This document shows, piece by piece, positions 29,728-39,537 of a stretch of DNA of 64,000 bases (position 1 is the first letter of the stretch; every line of letters begins with the position of its first letter). Under the pieces are notes generated by a model. It had not been told where the DNA came from. It did not search any database and saw only the letters and a program-made list of their open reading frames with translations. Both the position numbers and the translations under genes were made by a program. The DNA lies in NCBI GenBank assembly GCA_963836185.1, contig CAWIIQ010000001.1, positions 576,001-640,000 on the forward strand, written 5' to 3'. The stretch comes from Candidatus Krumholzibacteriia bacterium (lineage in GTDB: Bacteria > Krumholzibacteriota > Krumholzibacteriia > Krumholzibacteriales > Krumholzibacteriaceae).

Positions 29728-30756
29728 AACCTTCCTCCGAACCATCGCTCGAGCCTCTCCTGCGCCCAGCGGTGCGGGGGCAGTATCGTGCCCGACTGCA
29801 CGAGGTCGTAGATGTATGTCCCCGCGGTGGCGATTATCAGCAGCGGCCACCAGGTGCCGGCGAGGACGGCGGTGAATGCCGGGACGAGGAAGAACGACTT
29901 TGCCGATATCTTCCTCCACGTGGGGACGTCGCCCCGTATCACGTTGCCGTTGTTTCCGTCGATAGTTATCGAGTAGATGCGGTTCGCGTGCCGGTACCGC
30001 AGTATGTACACCGGGATAGTAGTAGATCGAGAGCCTGTTGCCGAAAAGCTCGAACCTGCTTGCCTTGATGAAAGCGCCCACGGGCGCAGCGAGCGTCGTC
30101 ATATAGTTGTATCCATCGCTGCGTGCCTGCGCGGCGGTCTTCATCGGCAGCGCTATGTTGAGCTTATCCTTCATGTCGTGTTCGAAGACGTTCCACTGCA
30201 GCAGCTGCGTTCTCAGCGATATTCCCTGGAGGCCGAGGTGCCTGAGGGAACAGGCCGGCGTCGACCAGTCGATACGCTTGAAGGTCAGTTTCGAGAAGGG
30301 ACGTTTCTCCTCCTGGATCCGGGTCACCGTCCGGGTCCCCTGTGGACTGGGAACGGGGACCTCTATCTCGTGCCTGAGGACTTCGTCGCCGCTGATCCAT
30401 CCCGACATCATCCCGCTCATCCGCCAGAAGGGCACGTTAATCATTCGAAGATCGATTATCGAGGCGTGTCTCGCCTTGATCCTGCCGCCGGTCTTTTCTG
30501 AAAGGTGCTTCAGGGCGGCGAGCCTCGCCTTGCCCTCGCTGATGCGGGGATCGAGGATATATCCGCGGACCCCTCTCGGGCGGGTGACGAGGAGCGCCGC
30601 GCCGCAGTATTCACAGCGGATGCTTCTCTCGCCCTCGTGGACCCTGAGAGATCCGCCGCACGCGCTGCAGCTCACACCGAATGTCTCGGAGGACATGGGA
30701 GCCTGCGGTACCGTCGCGGAGACTTCCGCGGTCGCGTTATCGAGAGTCTCAGTCAC
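29724..30756 (-). CDS. Zn-ribbon YdjG-like membrane protein B (frameshift near 30013)
   Basis: GTG start overlapping TGA; CSACG..CEYCG, VPFW; restored C-terminus YYPVYILRY...IDGNNG.V.G plus TM segment (ORF 29724..30011). Confidence 0.65.
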
Positions 30757-31464
30757 TCTTGCTCGCAATCCTTGATCTTCAGGGTAAAGGCGCCCCATCC
30801 GGCCAGGGCGGCTGTCATTATCACCAGTATCCTCGCAGCCGCCGAATGGCCGAGCTTGCCGATGAAGAGATAAGCGACCGCCATCGCCGCGGCGGCGAGG
30901 ATGTTCGGCACGCTGACTGACGCCGGGCGTTCCGGGAGGCAGCGATTCGGCGAACACGTAATAGCTTTCGCCCATGATCAGGGCGCGGTATTTCTTTCCC
31001 GATGCCCGGTATCTTACCCGGTAGATGGGAAGAAAGAGTATCCTGGCAGCTTGGGCCAGCGTCTCCGGCTCCTCATCGTGCGGGAAGACCTTTTCTTCCC
31101 CGGCGAGAGATTCGTCGAAGAAACGGTATTCTCCTGCGGGAGGGAAGGAGAGAGGGCCGAGTTCGGGCCAGGTGCCCCTGCCGGGCTGGCCGAAGAGACG
31201 ACCCCTGTCATCCTCGAGCATGGTGTAGGGGATGTAGGCGAAATCGAGCTTTATATCCTTTGGAGACGCGAGGCTCTTTGCCGCGAGAAACGACCGGAGC
31301 GCCTCCTCGGCGTGCCGGTCGTTACGTTTGTGAGGCAGTATGAGGCGCTCGGGCCCCCTGTCCTCCTCTACGGCGAGGGCGATGCCGCAGTAAGAGCAGA
31401 AGAGCATCTCCTGCCCGGGGTGTATGCTGTTTTCGCCCCCGCAGAGGCGGCAATTAACCTGCAT
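30753..31464 (-). CDS. Zn-ribbon YdjG-like membrane protein A (frameshift near 30933)
   Basis: [19 protein letters not shown]; restored C-terminus has two TM helices and ends DCEQE*. Confidence 0.65.
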
Positions 31465-32614
31465 CGTCCTCTTTTTCCAGTTTTTCGCCGCAGCTCGTGC
31501 AGAACTTCGTTCCCGGAGGCAGCTTCGCGTCGCAGTGCGGGCAGGTCAGATCGGCGCCGATCTCATTTCCGCAGTTCGAGCAGAATTTAGCCTCGGCAGG
31601 CAGTTCCGTGCCGCAGTCCTGACATCTGTTCATCACGACCATATGGGTCCCGCAGTTCTGGCAGAACCTCGAGTCGGGCGTGACCTCGTTGTGGCATCTC
31701 GGGCACTCGAGCATCTCGATAGTGCCGGTAGCCGATGCGGACGGCCTGCTGACGTTCTGTGCGAGCATGCCGGGGATCATCATCCCGAGGCCGGCTCCGA
31801 CGCCGACGCCCATTCCGCTGGCCGCCGCCGCGCCCGCTCCGCCGCCGCCGCTGCCGCTCGATGATGCAGCGTCACCCATCGCCTTGGCGGCCTTGAATTT
31901 GAAGAACTCGTCGAGATTGCCGACGGCTTCGAGTCCGCTGCGCTCATCGATCATCTTCTGGACCTCAGGCGGCGGCGTGATCGAGTTGATGAAGAAGTCG
32001 GTCAGCTCCATGCCGTACTTCGAGAAATCGTTGACCAGCCTCTCCTTGATCTCGACGGCGAGCTCATCGTAGAACTGCGGGAGCTCGAAGATCGAGTCGA
32101 GCTTCTCGCCGAACAGGTCGTTGATCCTCGCGACCACGACGTCGCGCAGGTAGTTGCCGATCATCTCGCTCGTGTAGACGCCCTGCGTTCCCACGACCGT
32201 GTTGATGAAGAGCGCCGGCTCCGTGATCTTGAATGTGTAGATGCCGAAGGCGCGCAGCCTGACGAGTCCGAGCTTGCTGTCCTTGAACGCGACGGGATCC
32301 TTCGTTCCCCATTTCTGATTGAGGAACATCTTCATGTTTACGAAATAGACCTCGGCCCTGAAAGGCGACTTGAATCCCCAGGGGAGTGAGAGGACCTTCG
32401 TCAGGATCGGGAGGTTCTTTGTCGTGAGCGTGTGACGCCCGGCGCCGAAAATATCGAGTCCCTTACCGTCCTTGAAGAAGACGCTGGACTGATTGTCACG
32501 CACTATCAGCTGAGCGCCCATTTTTATCTCCGCCGACCCCTCCGGGGGTATCCTGTGAACGATCTCCTCGCCTGTTTCGTCGAACCACTCGAGGACTTCC
32601 ATGAACTGTGACAT
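31454..32614 (-). CDS. SPFH/band-7 domain protein (YdjI-like) with C-terminal zinc ribbons
   Basis: [33 protein letters not shown]; repeated CPxC...FCxxCG. Confidence 0.85.
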   Translation of the reverse strand: MSQFMEVLEWFDETGEEIVHRIPPEGSAEIKMGAQLIVRDNQSSVFFKDGKGLDIFGAGRHTLTTKNLPILTKVLSLPWGFKSPFRAEVYFVNMKMFLNQKWGTKDPVAFKDSKLGLVRLRAFGIYTFKITEPALFINTVVGTQGVYTSEMIGNYLRDVVVARINDLFGEKLDSIFELPQFYDELAVEIKERLVNDFSKYGMELTDFFINSITPPPEVQKMIDERSGLEAVGNLDEFFKFKAAKAMGDAASSSGSGGGGAGAAAASGMGVGVGAGLGMMIPGMLAQNVSRPSASATGTIEMLECPRCHNEVTPDSRFCQNCGTHMVVMNRCQDCGTELPAEAKFCSNCGNEIGADLTCPHCDAKLPPGTKFCTSCGEKLEKEDDAG

Positions 32615-32920
32615 GCCGCCTCCTGACTGTAAAATTGCCGGTCCGGGCGCAAAAAGTTGCTAAATTGTTGATTTACACCGTGCCGCAGGGGTTTTTTGCA
32701 AAGCCGGGTGCCAAAAACTGCGTTGATATCTCCAGCGAGAAAATGCTTGTTATCTGCCGGGATTCTCACGAGAATCCTCGAAAATGTCGCTGAAGTGGTG
32801 AGAAGTGCATTATCGGTGCTGCGAGGGAGGTTACGGCATGAGGTGAGCTGTGCCGGAAGGCATGAGCTGCAGAATAGGTTCGTGGACTGAAATATCATTT
32901 TGACCAAGGGGAGATTTCAG

Positions 32921-33517
32921 ATGAAACGGTTTTTTATCGCGGTGTCAGTGATCATCGCTTTGACGGCGACGGCAACGGCGCAGGAGCCCAGCCAGAACTT
33001 TCTCGGCATCAAGGGCGGCGTCAACTACGTAAAGATATACAGCGATGATTTTGATTTCCAGAGCATCACGTCCTACGCTGCCGGAGCCTTCTATCAGTAC
33101 AGGGTCAACGAGAGGTTTGCCGTCTCGCCCGAGGTCTACTACTCGCTGATGGGGGCGAAGATGGAAACAGAAGCCGGAGACGTTGACTGGGACCTCGCGT
33201 ACATACAGGTCCCGCTTCTTTTCAAGCTGATGTTTCCGACCGGGAACACGATCACGCCGTGCCTCTACGCCGGCGGGTATCTGGGATTTTTAATGAGTGC
33301 GAAGGTGGAGGAGGTAGACGTCAAGGGTGATCTCAACAGCACTGATTACGGCCTCGTGATCGGAGCGAGTCTCGATATGGCGGTCAGTGGAGGCAGGCAG
33401 CTCGTAAATCTGGATGTCCGATATCTCTATGGAACGGCTTATCTCAGGGAAGAAGGAATGGGAAGTGCATACAACGGCGGGTTCCAGTTCCTCCTCGGAT
33501 GGGGATTCAGCCTGTAG
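32921..33517 (+). CDS. PorT/OmpA-like outer membrane beta-barrel
   Basis: Signal peptide; GIKGGVN, PEVYYS..G, YIQVPLL, DYGLVIG, C-terminal GFSL. Confidence 0.8.
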   Translation: MKRFFIAVSVIIALTATATAQEPSQNFLGIKGGVNYVKIYSDDFDFQSITSYAAGAFYQYRVNERFAVSPEVYYSLMGAKMETEAGDVDWDLAYIQVPLLFKLMFPTGNTITPCLYAGGYLGFLMSAKVEEVDVKGDLNSTDYGLVIGASLDMAVSGGRQLVNLDVRYLYGTAYLREEGMGSAYNGGFQFLLGWGFSL

Positions 33518-33554
33518 GATACGGATCTTTGCATTTTTGAAAGGGAGATAAGAG

Positions 33555-34136
33555 ATGAAGAGGATAATTTTGACGGCGCTTCTCGTAATGGTTTTCGCCG
33601 CTTGCGCCTCGGCTCAGCAGCCGTATCAGAAGTTCGGCATCAAGGGCGGCCTGAACATGTTCAAGTTCTACGGAGACGATGTGGGAGATGTCGACTACCT
33701 TACCTCCTATGCTATCGGATTCTCATATTCCTACAATTTCAGCGAGCTGTTCGCTCTTGAGCCTGAACTCTATTACTCGAAAAAGGGCTGGAAGATCGGC
33801 GATATCAAGATGCAGGAGGGGTATGTCGAGATCCCCGTACTGTTCAAGGTCAGTTTTCCGGGCACGGGAAGAGACTGGAAGCCCAATCTCTGCGCCGGGC
33901 CCTACGTGGCCTTTCTGGTGGGCGCCAAGCTGGGTGAGACCGACGTAAAGGATCAGCTCAACAGCACCGACGCCGGCCTGGTCGTGGGAGCCGGAGTAGA
34001 TATCGAGGCCGTCGCGGAGCAGTCCCTGAGTCTCGAGTTCAGGTATTCGATCGGATTCACGAAGGTGACAGCGGATGACTCGGAAGCCTTCAACAACGGT
34101 TTCCAGATTCTCCTTGGCTACGGGTACAGCCTCTAG
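33555..34136 (+). CDS. PorT/OmpA-like outer membrane beta-barrel (tandem paralog)
   Basis: Same motifs; shares LNSTD.GLV and NxGFQ.LLG.G.SL with the neighbour. Confidence 0.8.
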   Translation: MKRIILTALLVMVFAACASAQQPYQKFGIKGGLNMFKFYGDDVGDVDYLTSYAIGFSYSYNFSELFALEPELYYSKKGWKIGDIKMQEGYVEIPVLFKVSFPGTGRDWKPNLCAGPYVAFLVGAKLGETDVKDQLNSTDAGLVVGAGVDIEAVAEQSLSLEFRYSIGFTKVTADDSEAFNNGFQILLGYGYSL

Positions 34137-34278
34137 CCATGACAACGTGACACGGCATCCCGGATTTCTGATGTCGATACCTGAAAACTTGGCCGGTAAT
34201 CAAAATACGGTTTGGACGATAAGGTCGTATTAATTAAAATACCTTCTGCGCCATTATCTTACAGGCGCGCTATACCAT

Positions 34279-35832
34279 ATGATCGACCAGGAGTTGTTGC
34301 GGTCCATGATCCCGCTTCTTCCAGAACCCTTAGTCAGAAATGTCGTGTTTCCCTTGTACAGGGGATTCCGCAAGGACAGGGTCCTCGATATCCTCGATGA
34401 GCTCGAGCACGATCAGTTCCTGCCTGAGAGAGAGATAGAGGATATCAAATGGCGGAAACTGTCAGTGCTCCTCGAAGCGGCCGGCCGCCATGTGCCGTAC
34501 TACAGGGACCTCTTCGAGCGTGAAGGTATCGATCCGGCTTCTTTCGAGAGCCCTGCGGATATCGTGAAGATACCGTTTCTGACGAAAGAGGTGATCCGCG
34601 GTGAGAAGAGGCGCATGATCACGAAGGATCCGCTTCGCAGCGGGTATCCATTGAGTACCGGAGGTTCGACAGGCGAGCCGCTCCATTTCTGGTGTGATTC
34701 CGCGTCGAGCCAGATCCGCCGCGCCGCGGCCCTGAGAGGGTACCGCTGGACAGGATTCGATATCGGGTGCAGGCAGGCGATACTGTGGGGATTCCCGCTC
34801 GACAGGCCGTTGAAAGAACGGTTCTCCGGCAGCGCGAAGAACTTCTTCAATAATATTCTCCCGATGTCTTCGTTCGAGATGTCACCTGAGGTCATGCGGA
34901 AATACGCGGCGAAACTGGGACGCTTCAAGCCGTCCATCGTCACAGGGTACCCTTCGGCTCTGGCGGTTTTTTCCAGGTTCTGCCGGGACACCGGTCTTGA
35001 GTTGCCGTCCCCCAGAGCAGTGGTCACTGCGGGCGAGAAGCTGTTTCCGCACCAGCGGGCTATGATAGAGGAAGTGTTCGGCGCGCGTGTATACGATCGG
35101 TACGGGAGTGGGGAATTCTCGGTTTTAGCGCACGAATGTTCCAGACACAAAGGGCTGCATCTGTTCAGCGACTTATTTCATGTAGAGGTTATTCACGAGA
35201 GCGGTCGTCCGGCGGAAAACGGCGAGACAGGTGAGCTCGTCGTAACCGATCTTTCGAATCTATACATGCCGTTCATCAGGTACAGGACAGGCGATCTTGC
35301 CGTTTTGGGCGGAACGGATTGTCCCTGCGGCAGGGGACTTCCTCTGCTCGAACAAATGGAGGAACGCCTGGACGAATCGATCGTCGCCCCTGAGGGGAAG
35401 GTCATTGATCACATCCCGGTATCATCCGGAGGAAAGGAGAGGGTCGTAGTCTCAGACATGGAAGAAAGACTGATCATTAAATCGAAGATACACAAGGCCA
35501 GCATCAGCGGCGAAGCGCCGGGTGAGAATGACTGCCTTCGGATCGATGCGAAACTGCTTGAGCTCGGTAATGTCGCTCCATTCGAGAAGATCCTGATCGT
35601 CAACGCGACCAGCGGGGCGAGACTCGAGACATTCGCCGTCGAGGCAGAGGGCGGGAGCGGTGATATAATCGCCTGCGGGGCCGTATCGAGGCTGTGCCGC
35701 CCCGGCGACGAGGTCAGCATCATGGCCTTTACCTGGTCGTCCGGAGGATCGGGTGATTTCAGCAATATTCTCGTAGACGAAGAGAACAAGTTCGTCAGGT
35801 ACCTTACAGAGAAGGCCGGCGACATGATCTGA
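34279..35832 (+). CDS. CapK/PaaK-like adenylate-forming enzyme fused to C-terminal PanD-fold domain (35458-35832)
   Basis: STGGSTGEP, YGSGE, RYRTGD, CPCGRGLP, P...GK; then KSKIH...GARLETF...GSG.I..CGA...GDEVSIMAF. Confidence 0.8.
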   Translation: MIDQELLRSMIPLLPEPLVRNVVFPLYRGFRKDRVLDILDELEHDQFLPEREIEDIKWRKLSVLLEAAGRHVPYYRDLFEREGIDPASFESPADIVKIPFLTKEVIRGEKRRMITKDPLRSGYPLSTGGSTGEPLHFWCDSASSQIRRAAALRGYRWTGFDIGCRQAILWGFPLDRPLKERFSGSAKNFFNNILPMSSFEMSPEVMRKYAAKLGRFKPSIVTGYPSALAVFSRFCRDTGLELPSPRAVVTAGEKLFPHQRAMIEEVFGARVYDRYGSGEFSVLAHECSRHKGLHLFSDLFHVEVIHESGRPAENGETGELVVTDLSNLYMPFIRYRTGDLAVLGGTDCPCGRGLPLLEQMEERLDESIVAPEGKVIDHIPVSSGGKERVVVSDMEERLIIKSKIHKASISGEAPGENDCLRIDAKLLELGNVAPFEKILIVNATSGARLETFAVEAEGGSGDIIACGAVSRLCRPGDEVSIMAFTWSSGGSGDFSNILVDEENKFVRYLTEKAGDMI

Positions 35833-35949
35833 GCGGCATCCTGATCCCGATTCGACTTTTCATCCCGGCATGTTTGTACTATATTCTGAACCGTGTCGGC
35901 TATTAAGGGCCGGCAGGTGACCCTGCGATACTTTACTGCGGACAATTAA

Positions 35950-36297
35950 ATGAAACGCCTTCTACTCAAATCGATGATCCTCAGGGCGACCGTCACCCAG
36001 GCCGACCTCCGTTACGTGGGCAGCATCACGATCGACGAGGACCTGATCGACAAGGCCAATCTGAGCGAGCACGAGAACGTGCATGTCGTCGACCGCACCA
36101 ACGGCCACAGGCTCCAGACCTACGTCATCAAGGGAGAGAGGGGAAGCGGTGTGATAGGGATGAACGGCGCGGCGGCCCATCTTGTCAACGAAGGCGACGA
36201 GATAGATATTCTGGCCTACAGCTGGTCCTCCGGCGAGGCCCGCCCCGTTCTCATCGAGGTCGATCCGAAGAACGCGTTCAAGGGATACGCGGGCTGA
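35950..36297 (+). CDS. panD: Aspartate 1-decarboxylase precursor, K9M/H11L variant
   Basis: YVG/SITID cleavage site, [14 protein letters not shown]. Confidence 0.85.
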   Translation: MKRLLLKSMILRATVTQADLRYVGSITIDEDLIDKANLSEHENVHVVDRTNGHRLQTYVIKGERGSGVIGMNGAAAHLVNEGDEIDILAYSWSSGEARPVLIEVDPKNAFKGYAG

Positions 36298-36313
36298 CCC
36301 GCCCGATCGATCG

Positions 36314-37084
36314 ATGTTCAAGAGAAACCTCAGACTGTTCACCCTCCGGGGGATTCCTGTCGAGATAAACATCTCGTGGCTCCTGATACTTGCCCTGGTC
36401 ACATGGTCGTTTGCCACAGGCTTCTACCCTGAATCGTACCCCGGGCTATTTTCACCTCTTACGATATGGATACTCTCGCTGCTGACCGCGCTGATGCTCT
36501 TCCTGTCGATACTGATCCATGAGTTCAGCCACTCGCTCGTATCTGTCAGGGGCGGCCTGCCGGTCAGAAGGATCACGCTGTTCATGTTCGGAGGCGTCGC
36601 CCAGATGGGGCACGAGGTGGAAGATCCCTCGCTCGAGCTGAAGATGGCTGCGGCCGGCCCGCTGATGACACTGGTTCTCGTAGGAGTATTTATCGGTGGA
36701 TCGTTCCTTGCCGGTAAGGTTCCGCTGCTTTCGATACTCCTCGGCACGACAGGAGCGATCAACATAGGGATATTCATATTCAACATGGTTCCGGGATTTC
36801 CGCTCGATGGCGGGCGGATCCTGCGGGCGCTCATCTGGAAAAGGACCGGGGATATCATGCGCTCGACCCGGATCGCCACGGGAGTGGGGGAGGTTTTCTC
36901 GTATATCCTGATGGCGGGCGGGGCCTTCAATTTCCTCGTGTACGATAATTTCGTCAGCGGTATCTGGATGGTCCTTGTCGGGCTGTTTCTCAGGCGGGCA
37001 GCACGGAAAAGTTACAGGCAGGTCGTCTGGAAGAAGTGGCTGAATGAGATGAAGGATGGGGAGACGATGCGGGCCGACCCATAG
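36314..37084 (+). CDS. Site-2 protease (M50, SpoIVFB-like)
   Basis: HEFSH, AGP, NMVPGFPLDGG. Confidence 0.9.
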   Translation: MFKRNLRLFTLRGIPVEINISWLLILALVTWSFATGFYPESYPGLFSPLTIWILSLLTALMLFLSILIHEFSHSLVSVRGGLPVRRITLFMFGGVAQMGHEVEDPSLELKMAAAGPLMTLVLVGVFIGGSFLAGKVPLLSILLGTTGAINIGIFIFNMVPGFPLDGGRILRALIWKRTGDIMRSTRIATGVGEVFSYILMAGGAFNFLVYDNFVSGIWMVLVGLFLRRAARKSYRQVVWKKWLNEMKDGETMRADP

Positions 37085-37108
37085 ACGGCCCGCCCCGCCC
37101 ATCTAGAT

Positions 37109-37276
37109 CTATTCCTCTTCTTCCACCTTGTTCTTCGTCTCATCCTCGAGAATTGTGGAAACTCCATACTTTGTAGTCTTTTTATCTCTCAGGCTTCTAT
37201 CTTTCTTGAACTTGTAGCCTTCGTGCAACCGGTTGTCCTTGTGCTTAGACCTGTGGTTGTTTGTTCTCCTCTTCAA
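37109..37276 (-). CDS. Small charged protein (55 aa), not in ORF track
   Basis: RBS GAAAGGAG then TTG; MKRRTNNHRSKHKDNRLHEGYKFKKDRSLRDKKTTKYGVSTILEDETKNKVEEEE*. Confidence 0.6.
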   Translation of the reverse strand: MKRRTNNHRSKHKDNRLHEGYKFKKDRSLRDKKTTKYGVSTILEDETKNKVEEEE

Positions 37277-37492
37277 CTCTCGCTCCTTTCCTGTCCCTGC
37301 TAAGGCGAATCGCTTTCTCAGGCAGACTTTGCAAGATTTATGACAAAACCAGACAGGTTTCTGATCATGGGGCCGAGCAGTTTAATCTCTTGGCAGACAA
37401 TATAATAGCAAGGGGCTGATAGTCGTTGCATAACGCCATTCAGCCCCATCTGCCGTTTTCCGTCCCGCATTTTGAGAACGTCTGAAAAGTTC

Positions 37493-38271
37493 CTATTCTG
37501 CCGCTTTCGGCCTGTTTTTCTCGAACTCGGCCTTGTCGATGCCGACATCGAACTCGATAGTCTGCCAGATCATCTCACGGTTCTTAGTGCCGTTCACATA
37601 CGTGATCTCGTGGAACGGGACGAGGTGACCGTCGACTGGCCGGTAATCGTCATAGATATTGTGGTTCCACCCGCCCTGGTCGCCCTTGTCGATCGCGCGC
37701 AGGGGGAGCCATGTCTTTACGTCCAGGTCGAAGAATACAGTGTCCGCTCCCTCGACGGCCGCGACCCTCGTGAACTCAACGCCTGTCAACAGTGTATCCA
37801 CCTCGAATTCGGGCACTATGTAGAGCGTGTCGGAGTGCTCGAGGTAGTAGGCGATCCCGTCTGACCGTCCTGAGTCCCTTCTCGAGCATCTCGGTATACC
37901 GCGGGCTCTGCCTTACATTGAGGTTGACCATGACCCATGCCTCTCCGGCGTTGTAAGTGTACCTGAAGAAGAACGGATGGTCATACACGCTGTAGTCCTG
38001 GTCGAGCACCATCATGTCCGGCTTCTGGACGAAATAGGTGCAGTCGGCTTTCAGGTCTCCCCAGCCCGGCCAGTTCGTCGTCATCAGACCCGTGCTCACC
38101 GAGGTCTTCCAGCCTGCGGCTTTTTCCATGCCGCCGAGCGCCTCGACGGATTTCTCCATCATACCCTCGGCGGTCGGTCGGACCGCCGCAGCTGGAGAGA
38201 TGGATGACCGACACCGCCAGGCAGCATACGGCCAGCAGGGCCAGTGATGATCTCATTCCTGATATTCTCAT
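37493..38271 (-). CDS. Exported protein, possibly LolA-like fold (two frameshifts)
   Basis: Signal peptide (..38271), KSVEALGG (37776..38162) and FFDLDVKTWLP...YDDYRPVDGHLVP (37493..37816) are consecutive pieces. Confidence 0.6.
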
Positions 38272-38290
38272 CTCTTTACTCCCCTTCTTG

Positions 38291-39512
38291 TCAGACGGTC
38301 AGTTCGTCGTGCGCCCTGATGAGATTCGACCTGACATCGATGCCGTACGGACAGCTCGATGTGCAGTCGCCGGCGCATGAGGCGCACTGTCCCGCCCGGC
38401 GTGTTTCAGGCAGTTTCGAGTACATGCTCATCGCGTACTTTTCCCTGCCGTAATTATTGAAGTAGAGCCTGTACCTGAGGATGTCGTGAACGGGGACGTC
38501 CTTCGGGCAGGAACCGAGGCAGCCGTCGCAGCCCGGCCTGCAGTATTCGCTTCCGAGCAGCCCGCAGTATCCCTCGAGGACCTTCTTCTCATTCATCGAC
38601 ATCTTCGGCCGGCCCGATACCGCCACGAGCTCGTCGATGTCCTCGACCGTAGCCCATCGAGATGCAGATCGTGTCGATGTTCGGCTGCGCGAGCATCCAT
38701 TTGGTCAGCGCCTGTCTCGCCGTGCGGCCTTCATTCATATACTCGCGAGTAGTCGATCTTTCTGGCGGCCGAAAGGCTCTTCATCGCCACGACGGCCAGG
38801 CCCTTCTTCTTCGCCTTCGCCAGAACAGGTTCGAGCCCCTTCGTGAGCAGGTTCATCCCGGGCATTATCATGTCGAGATCGGTGTTGTCGATGAGCCAGT
38901 CGAAATCCTCGACCATCTTCGGCCCGTGTGAGCTCGCGCCCCACGCCTTGATCTTGCCCGCTTTCTTCGCTTTCGCGAAAGCCTCCGGGATCGCCGGGTT
39001 CTGGATCCTCTCCAGTCCGCCGAGGTTCGGGTCGCCGACCGAATGTATCAGGCAGCAGTCGATGTAATCGGTGTTGAGGCGCTGCAGGCTTTCCTCGAGA
39101 GCGGTCAGTATCTGCTTGACTCGTCGTCTCCGTAGTGAAGAGCTCGGGCTCCAGCTTGGTCGTCACGTAGATCTTGTCGCGCTTTGCGGGGAAGATCTTG
39201 CCGACTGACGACCTCCATGTCGAAGTACTGCCGCGCCGTGTCTACGTAGTTGATCCCGCGCTCGATAGCGTACTCGAGCTGGGCCGGGTCCTGCATCCTC
39301 GCGTTGCCGAAAGAGATGTCGGAGACCTTCCAGCCCGTAGAGCCGAGGGGCCTGTAATCGATGATCTGCGGTTTTGCCGCTTCCTTTTCTTCCTGCGCGG
39401 GAGAGCCGAGGACCTTGCCGGCTCCGGACATCCCTATGCCCGCACCGACAATACCGACCACACCCCGCCCGAGGAACGATCTCCTCGATATTTCCTTCCT
39501 GTCCTGGTCCAT
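38291..39512 (-). CDS. Tat-exported aldo/keto reductase with C-terminal 4Fe-4S domain (several frameshifts)
   Basis: SRRSFL Tat motif; RPLGSTG, GINYVDTARQY, SLQRLNTDYID, VAMK; CRPGCDGCLGSCP and CASCAGDCTSSCP. Confidence 0.8.
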
Positions 39513-39537
39513 AACGCACCTCACTTTCGTGTGCCTG

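Noticed and set aside
28906-31464. 852-aa triple Zn-ribbon protein
   Set aside because: Better explained as three genes merged by two indels; the joining segments are off-frame, low-quality sequence.
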